This document shows, in pieces, positions 55,540-60,252 of a stretch of DNA of 60,252 nt. Origin of the DNA: Planctomycetales bacterium. Lineage in GTDB: Bacteria; Omnitrophota; Gorgyraeia; Gygaellales; Profunditerraquicolaceae. The stretch's first letter is position 1; every line of letters starts with the position of its first letter. The DNA is taken from contig SBBM01000023.1 in NCBI GenBank assembly GCA_005239725.1, positions 1 to 60,252 of the forward strand, in the 5' to 3' direction. Under the pieces are notes generated by a model, which worked only from the letters and a program-made list of their open reading frames with translations, was not told where the DNA came from and did not search any database. The translations under genes were made by a program, and so were the position numbers.

Positions 55540-56115
55540 ATGCCGAGGCAACCCAGGATAATCCCGCCTGAAGGGTTCCTTCATGTTATTTCGCGGGGGA
55601 ATAACCGCAGAAAATTATTTCTCATCCAAAAAGATTTCAGGGTCTACCGTTTGTTATTGAAAAAACTCAAACAAGAAGAGTCAATCAAGATATACCATTA
55701 TTGCCTGATGATAAACCACGTGCATCTTTTGATTGGGGTGGGAGAAGATAGTAACATCGCAAGGTTCATGAAGAGGCTGGGGTTGAAATATTTCTATTAT
55801 TATCAGAAACGATATAATTACACAGGATATTTATGGCAGGGTCGTTTTAAAAGTAAAATAATAGAAGATGATGGCTATTTGATACAATGCGGCAAATATA
55901 TCGAGTTGAATCCGGTAAGGGCAGGTGTTGTAAAAATAGCGCAAGATTATCCTTATTCTAGTTACCGATATTATGGGTTAGGGATAGAAGATAAGCTTAT
56001 AGACGAAGATCCATTATATAAAGAATTCGGCAAGAATATCGCAAGCAGGCAGCTTAGCTATAGCAATATGATTATAAATGAGGCAAGTTGCAAAAAATAT
56101 ATCGTAGAGGCCTAA
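55540..56115 (+). CDS. IS200-like Y1 (HUH) transposase / REP-associated tyrosine transposase (RAYT)-like protein
   Basis: HVISRGNNR, INHVHLLI (HUH), GYLWQGRFKS (catalytic Tyr region), YIELNPVRAG, YPYSSY. Confidence 0.8.
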   Translation: MPRQPRIIPPEGFLHVISRGNNRRKLFLIQKDFRVYRLLLKKLKQEESIKIYHYCLMINHVHLLIGVGEDSNIARFMKRLGLKYFYYYQKRYNYTGYLWQGRFKSKIIEDDGYLIQCGKYIELNPVRAGVVKIAQDYPYSSYRYYGLGIEDKLIDEDPLYKEFGKNIASRQLSYSNMIINEASCKKYIVEA

Positions 56116-56147
56116 TTGTAACTTATTGTTGTTTATGTGGTTAGAAA

Positions 56148-56163
56148 GAAGGGAAGCGTCCCC
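56148..56163 (-). repeat. 16-mer copy 3, inverted (GAAGGGAAGCGTCCCC on plus; 15/16 match)
   Basis: Right flank of the RAYT gene. Touches the stop of the response-regulator gene. Confidence 0.8.
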
Positions 56164-57089
56164 TATTTGCGTTTGTCTTTTACGTAGTTGCTTTTCTCTA
56201 CACCCTTGGCGTAACTTTTCAGTTCCGCGCCGATTTCGCCTATCTGGGCAACGTGTTCTATCTTCCTGAATTCATTGGTAACTACGCCGATGGAAATGGA
56301 GACAAGGGGGATTTTACGTTCCGTGCCCTGACGGTCATGACCGATTATGTAGCCATTTTTTCTGTCGGTTTCATTGTAAAAAGAAGGCGATATTTTATCG
56401 AAGTCCGCGATTATCTTTTCGCATATTTTATCTGACGTTTCAAGCGCAGTAACAACCACAAAATCATCGCCGCCGATATGGCCTATAAAATCATCCGGTC
56501 CGCCCTCTTCCTTGACCGCGCGTATCAAAGTACGGGCGGTTTCTTTTATAACTTCGTCTCCGTGCTCAAACCCGTACTTATCGTTATAGGCTTTGAATTT
56601 ATCCAGGTCTATGTAGCATACTGCAAAGAGCGCTTTACTTTCTATCCGGCGCGAAAACTCATTCAATATGGAAACATTGCCGGGGAGTCGCGTTAAGGGG
56701 TTTGCCTCAAGGTCCCTGACTGCGCGCCGGATAACCATGCGTATGCGCGCCAGCAGTTCTTTGGGCTCAAAGGGCTTCACTATATAATCGTCTGCGCCGG
56801 CATCAATGCCGCCGACCTTACTATCCACATCGCCTGAGCCGGTTACCATTATGACAGGCAGATGGCTTAAGAGGATGTCGCCTTTAATTTTTTTACAGAC
56901 TTCCCGTCCGTCCATTTTCGGCATATGGTAATCTAAAAGCACTATGTCGGGCTGTTTTGTGAGCACTGCTTTAAGCGCGTCTTCGCCGTTAGCGGTTTCG
57001 ATAACTTCATAATTCTCTTCGGAGAGTGTTAGCTTAATCACGTCTCTAATATCGGGGTCGTCATCGGCTATCACTATTTTTATAGCCAT
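56163..57089 (-). CDS. Response regulator with a GGDEF-type domain (variant GGDDF motif)
   Basis: REC: IADDDPDIRD, DIVLLDYHMPKMDG. Output: PLTRLPGN, DLDKFKAYNDKYGFEHGDEV, HIGGDDFVVV. Confidence 0.8.
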   Translation of the reverse strand: MAIKIVIADDDPDIRDVIKLTLSEENYEVIETANGEDALKAVLTKQPDIVLLDYHMPKMDGREVCKKIKGDILLSHLPVIMVTGSGDVDSKVGGIDAGADDYIVKPFEPKELLARIRMVIRRAVRDLEANPLTRLPGNVSILNEFSRRIESKALFAVCYIDLDKFKAYNDKYGFEHGDEVIKETARTLIRAVKEEGGPDDFIGHIGGDDFVVVTALETSDKICEKIIADFDKISPSFYNETDRKNGYIIGHDRQGTERKIPLVSISIGVVTNEFRKIEHVAQIGEIGAELKSYAKGVEKSNYVKDKRK

Positions 57090-57103
57090 ATAAATTACTC
57101 CTC

Positions 57104-58600
57104 TTAAGGCTGCGGCAGGGTAAAGCTAAAGGTTGAGCCTGTGCCCACCTTGCTCTTAACCCAAATTTTTCCTTTATGCGCCTCAATGATATTTTTTACC
57201 AGCGTAAGGCCGAGCCCCGTGCCCTTTACTTCCTGGTTGATGGGGTTATCCACGCGGTAAAATTCTTCAAAGATTTTGCTTTGGGCCTCTTCCGGTATGC
57301 CGCAGCCGGTGTCGCTAATATCTATCTGGGCCTGTTCGCCTGCTTTATAACTTTTAATGGTAATTTTACCACCGGGAGGGGTAAATTTCAAGGCATTATT
57401 GATTATGTTTATAAAGACGCGTTTTATCTGGTTATAGTCTACAAACACGCTCTTGGCGTCATCGGCTATATTGCAGGATAATCCTATCTTTTTTTCCTTC
57501 AATAATACTCCTAATAGGTCCGAAACCTCCGCTGTAATCCTGGTCAAGTCCTGTGCCTCCTGTTTCATCGTAACCTTGCCTGACTCGATGCGCGAGATGT
57601 CCAGGAGATCATTGACGAACTGCACAAGCTCATCCGTGTGCTTGTTTATTTTTTCCAGGCGCGCCCTCACTTCATCGGGCAGGACCCAGAGTTTTGACGC
57701 CAGCAATATGGAGGCATAGCCTTTTACCGAGGTAAGCGGCGTCCTTAATTCATGCGAAACGCTTGAAACAAAATCGGTTTTGCGCTTGCTTATGTTTTTT
57801 ACTTCTTCCAAAGCCAGGGTTAATTCGCGCGTCCTTTCCTTTACCTTATTCTCCAGTTCCTGGTGCGCGCGCCAGGTAGTTTCAAAAAGCCGGGCATTCT
57901 CCAGCGCCTGGCCAATCTGGTTAGCCAGTATCGTGATTAACTCCTCGTCTCCTTCCGTCAGCGGTGTTTCCGCGTTTTCCGTGCCGACGAAAAAAAAGCC
58001 CTTGTTCCCTTCCTTGGGCAGTATAGGCGCAACAATAAAAGAGTTAACCTTAAAGGCATTGCATATCTTTTCTTTTGTAACACTGTCTTGGGAAAGGGAA
58101 ATAGAGGATAAAGTCCTGGAGGTTTTTATTATATCGAGGAAGGCATTCTTATTTAAATCCACGAAGGAGGCTATGGGTCCTGTTTCGTCTTCCGCATAAC
58201 CGATATCCAGGCGCGGCACGAATTTCTTATCTTTCTCATTCCATAAAAATGCCATTGATTTTTCAAAGCCAAGGTCTTCCAGCAGGGCAGGCTCAACCCT
58301 TGTAAAAATCTGGTCTTCTTCCAGGGTGGTGCTTATTGTGCGAGAGAGTTTTTGCAGGGAATAAAGCCCGGTTATCTTTTTATCCAGCTCTTCCTGGAGG
58401 TTATTTAATTCCATGTCCGTGGAGACAAGGAGTTTGGCCTGCTCGTCCATTTCCTCCAGGGTCTTTTGCAAGTTATCCACCTTAGCCCGCAGCTCTTTTG
58501 TCTTATTTGATTTTATCGCAAGGGCAACGCTAAGGGCCGCTGCGGATAGTATGCCGATTGGCCCGAGCACGCTAATGATGGAATATGGCTGGTTCTGCAT
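57104..58600 (-). CDS. Sensor histidine kinase (TM, coiled coil, GAF-like, HisKA, HATPase)
   Basis: FVSSVSHELRTPLTSV H-box, NALKFTPPGG (N box), DTGCGIP (G1), GTGLGL (G2). Confidence 0.85.
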   Translation of the reverse strand: MQNQPYSIISVLGPIGILSAAALSVALAIKSNKTKELRAKVDNLQKTLEEMDEQAKLLVSTDMELNNLQEELDKKITGLYSLQKLSRTISTTLEEDQIFTRVEPALLEDLGFEKSMAFLWNEKDKKFVPRLDIGYAEDETGPIASFVDLNKNAFLDIIKTSRTLSSISLSQDSVTKEKICNAFKVNSFIVAPILPKEGNKGFFFVGTENAETPLTEGDEELITILANQIGQALENARLFETTWRAHQELENKVKERTRELTLALEEVKNISKRKTDFVSSVSHELRTPLTSVKGYASILLASKLWVLPDEVRARLEKINKHTDELVQFVNDLLDISRIESGKVTMKQEAQDLTRITAEVSDLLGVLLKEKKIGLSCNIADDAKSVFVDYNQIKRVFINIINNALKFTPPGGKITIKSYKAGEQAQIDISDTGCGIPEEAQSKIFEEFYRVDNPINQEVKGTGLGLTLVKNIIEAHKGKIWVKSKVGTGSTFSFTLPQP

Positions 58601-59848
58601 TTACCCTCCGATATTCAAAACCGACACGGTCTGATTGTGGATATAAACCTTGCCGAGCCTGTTAGCCGCCCTTAGCGGGGCAAGTTCGCCGTGGGCATAT
58701 AAACCTATCAGCGGCGTATCCGGGCCGAGCCCCTCTTTAATGATTTCTAACTCCTTGTCCAGCTCTTTTCGTAGAAGGGCGTACCTGGAAAGCGAACTAA
58801 AAACTACGGCAAAATTATTGGTTTCCATTTTTTTCATTTCACTCACTGATGCGGATAATCCCTTTTTGGCCTCATCTACTGCGTGCCTGGTCGCGTCGAG
58901 GCAGGTTTCCTTGGTGCCGATCATCAGCCTTATCCTGCTATCCTGAGGGACGTTGCTCTGGAAACGCAGGGAGCCGTTTTCTTCTATTGAGAGGATATTC
59001 CGCAAGAGGTATTCTTCTTCTCCGGCCAGGTATATCCCCAAGGGGTAAAGGACGGATATCCTTTTTAGTTCTGTTTTTAATTTCGCAGAATCGCAATCCA
59101 GGTAGTGCTCATAGAATTTTACCGCAGGCTTATCGTCTATTTTTTCTACCAGATTGCCTTTTACAGAGGTTACCGTATGGGGCTTGCCCAGGGGTTTCCA
59201 GCCGTGTTTGACGCCTAAGCCGAAACTTAATTTTCCTCCCAGGAGTATGCCGGCGCAGGCATCGCTGAAAATATCCTGATGGTAATAGAGGTGAGTCTTA
59301 AGCAGACTAGGGTTGTTTGAGGCATAAGCGCCTACCAGAGGGAAGCTTGAGCCGAGCCTGGTCTGCAGCCCGTAAATAAAATTTGAATCTTCCTCTATCA
59401 GTTTATCGGAAAACACCAGGCCTAAAGTGCGCGGGATATTCTTAAATTGCTGGAGGAGTTTGTCGCCCAGCTCTTCTCCTGCAGCAAGGCCTCCTTTTAC
59501 GCTAATCTCCCTGGTGCAGGCGGCATTGTAATGTATGCTTTTGGGGAAACTGACGAGCATTATGGCCAGGCCGTGTTTCAATATGCCCTGGTTAGATATA
59601 ACTGCCAGGCCGCTTGCGCCTATTATCGGCACGCCTTCTAACATGCTGCCAATGGTTTTTAAGAGGGGCGGGGAAGAAAGGTCCGTAGAACTAAAGACAA
59701 TAGCCAGGTTAACTCTCTCTTTTTGCATTTTTGTCCTGGCGCTCCTCACCGCCTCCTTTGCCGCTAAGGTAGGGTTTTTTTCAAGGCTTATGCCTGCGCC
59801 CAGAGTCATCATGCTTTTTATTAAAACATAAATTCCGCCGGGGGTCAA
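58601..59848 (-). CDS. FIST-domain (FIST_N + FIST_C) sensory protein
   Basis: 415 aa. The layout of N- and C-terminal FIST halves is recognised by overall pattern only. First gene of the three-gene signalling operon. Confidence 0.55.
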   Translation of the reverse strand: MTPGGIYVLIKSMMTLGAGISLEKNPTLAAKEAVRSARTKMQKERVNLAIVFSSTDLSSPPLLKTIGSMLEGVPIIGASGLAVISNQGILKHGLAIMLVSFPKSIHYNAACTREISVKGGLAAGEELGDKLLQQFKNIPRTLGLVFSDKLIEEDSNFIYGLQTRLGSSFPLVGAYASNNPSLLKTHLYYHQDIFSDACAGILLGGKLSFGLGVKHGWKPLGKPHTVTSVKGNLVEKIDDKPAVKFYEHYLDCDSAKLKTELKRISVLYPLGIYLAGEEEYLLRNILSIEENGSLRFQSNVPQDSRIRLMIGTKETCLDATRHAVDEAKKGLSASVSEMKKMETNNFAVVFSSLSRYALLRKELDKELEIIKEGLGPDTPLIGLYAHGELAPLRAANRLGKVYIHNQTVSVLNIGG

Positions 59849-59902
59849 TAAAATTATTGACCCGAAAATAAATTATGCTATATTATTTTAAATATATATT
59901 TC

Positions 59903-59977
59903 GGCCCCATCGTCTAGCCCGGTCCAGGACGCGTGCTTCTCAGGCACTAAACACGAGTTCAAATCTCGTTGGGGCTA
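59903..59977 (+). tRNA. tRNA-Glu (anticodon CUC)
   Basis: Acceptor GGCCCCA/TGGGGCT, anticodon arm CGTGC-TTCTCAG-GCACT (one C-U mismatch), T arm ACGAG-TTCAAAT-CTCGT. Confidence 0.8.
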
Positions 59978-60067
59978 TTCTACCGGTTCTCCCCCCCAAT
60001 CTATACGCTAGAGGGCGGGATCCCGCTCGCGGTAAAATAAAATGGCGGGAAAATCTGGTTGGGGCTA
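59978..60067 (-). repeat. Palindromic-element copy inserted at the tRNA-Glu(CUC) 3' end, followed by a 17-nt duplicate of the tRNA end
   Basis: CTATACGCT plus GGGCGGGATCCCGC core at 60012-60049. AAATCT[C/G]GTTGGGGCTA occurs at 59961-59977 and at 60051-60067. Confidence 0.8.
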
Positions 60068-60127
60068 CGTGAAAAGTTTTCCCTTGCAATTTTAACAAAT
60101 TGTGATAAAAATAAATAAGGAGGTTTA

Positions 60128-60252
60128 ATGCAGGGACATTCAGGTTTTCTAAGAATATCCAGCGCTATTGTGAAAACAGCCGCCTGGATTTTTTTATTTC
60201 TCGGTATTCTCGGCGGGGCATCTATACTTTTTGGGATGGCCCCCCCAGGCAA
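60128..60252 (+). CDS. Partial CDS (5' end only), membrane protein
   Basis: AAGGAGG lies 5 nt before the ATG. MQGHSGFLRISSAIVKTAAWIFLFLGILGGASILFG... runs off the window. Confidence 0.5.
   Translation, partial: MQGHSGFLRISSAIVKTAAWIFLFLGILGGASILFGMAPPG

Overview
About 60 kb of bacterial chromosome centred on the replication-origin region. From 1.5 to 35.8 kb almost every gene is on the minus strand: gltX, a four-subunit 2-oxoacid:ferredoxin oxidoreductase, dxs, xseBA, ymdB-rny, nifU, pgi-like, pheST, trkH/trkA, rplT-rpmI-infC-thrS, a tRNA cluster, rpoZ-gmk-yicC-ndk, parAB and jag-yidC-yidD-rpmH. From 36 to 55 kb genes switch to the plus strand: dnaA, dnaN, DUF721, gyrB, gyrA, glmS, rsmI, pyrRBC. 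A near-consensus promoter and DnaA boxes sit at the switch point. This core carries many small selfish or accessory modules. They are a large serine recombinase whose ORF runs into tRNA-Gln, a free-standing LAGLIDADG gene coupled to parA, and an IS6-like element between dnaA and dnaN. There is also a GIY-YIG mini-ORF bracketed by duplicated tRNA-Glu sequence, an IS200-like/RAYT transposase flanked by inverted 16-mers, and two paralogous small-ORF + nucleotidyltransferase pairs embedded in the pheST and thrS operons. The most unusual signal is a family of double-hairpin palindromic elements with core GCGGGATCCCGC. Copies lie in frame inside xseA and pheT, inside the anticodon of a tRNA-Glu fragment, at the 3' end of another tRNA-Glu, and in intergenic DNA. 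The family is often associated with 7-nt-periodic repeat arms, and several other heptamer or 17-mer tandem arrays occur elsewhere. A roughly 250-nt intergenic transcript candidate with its own promoter, long-range helix and terminator is also present. All calls come from reading the sequence and from remembered family motifs; no database search was run.
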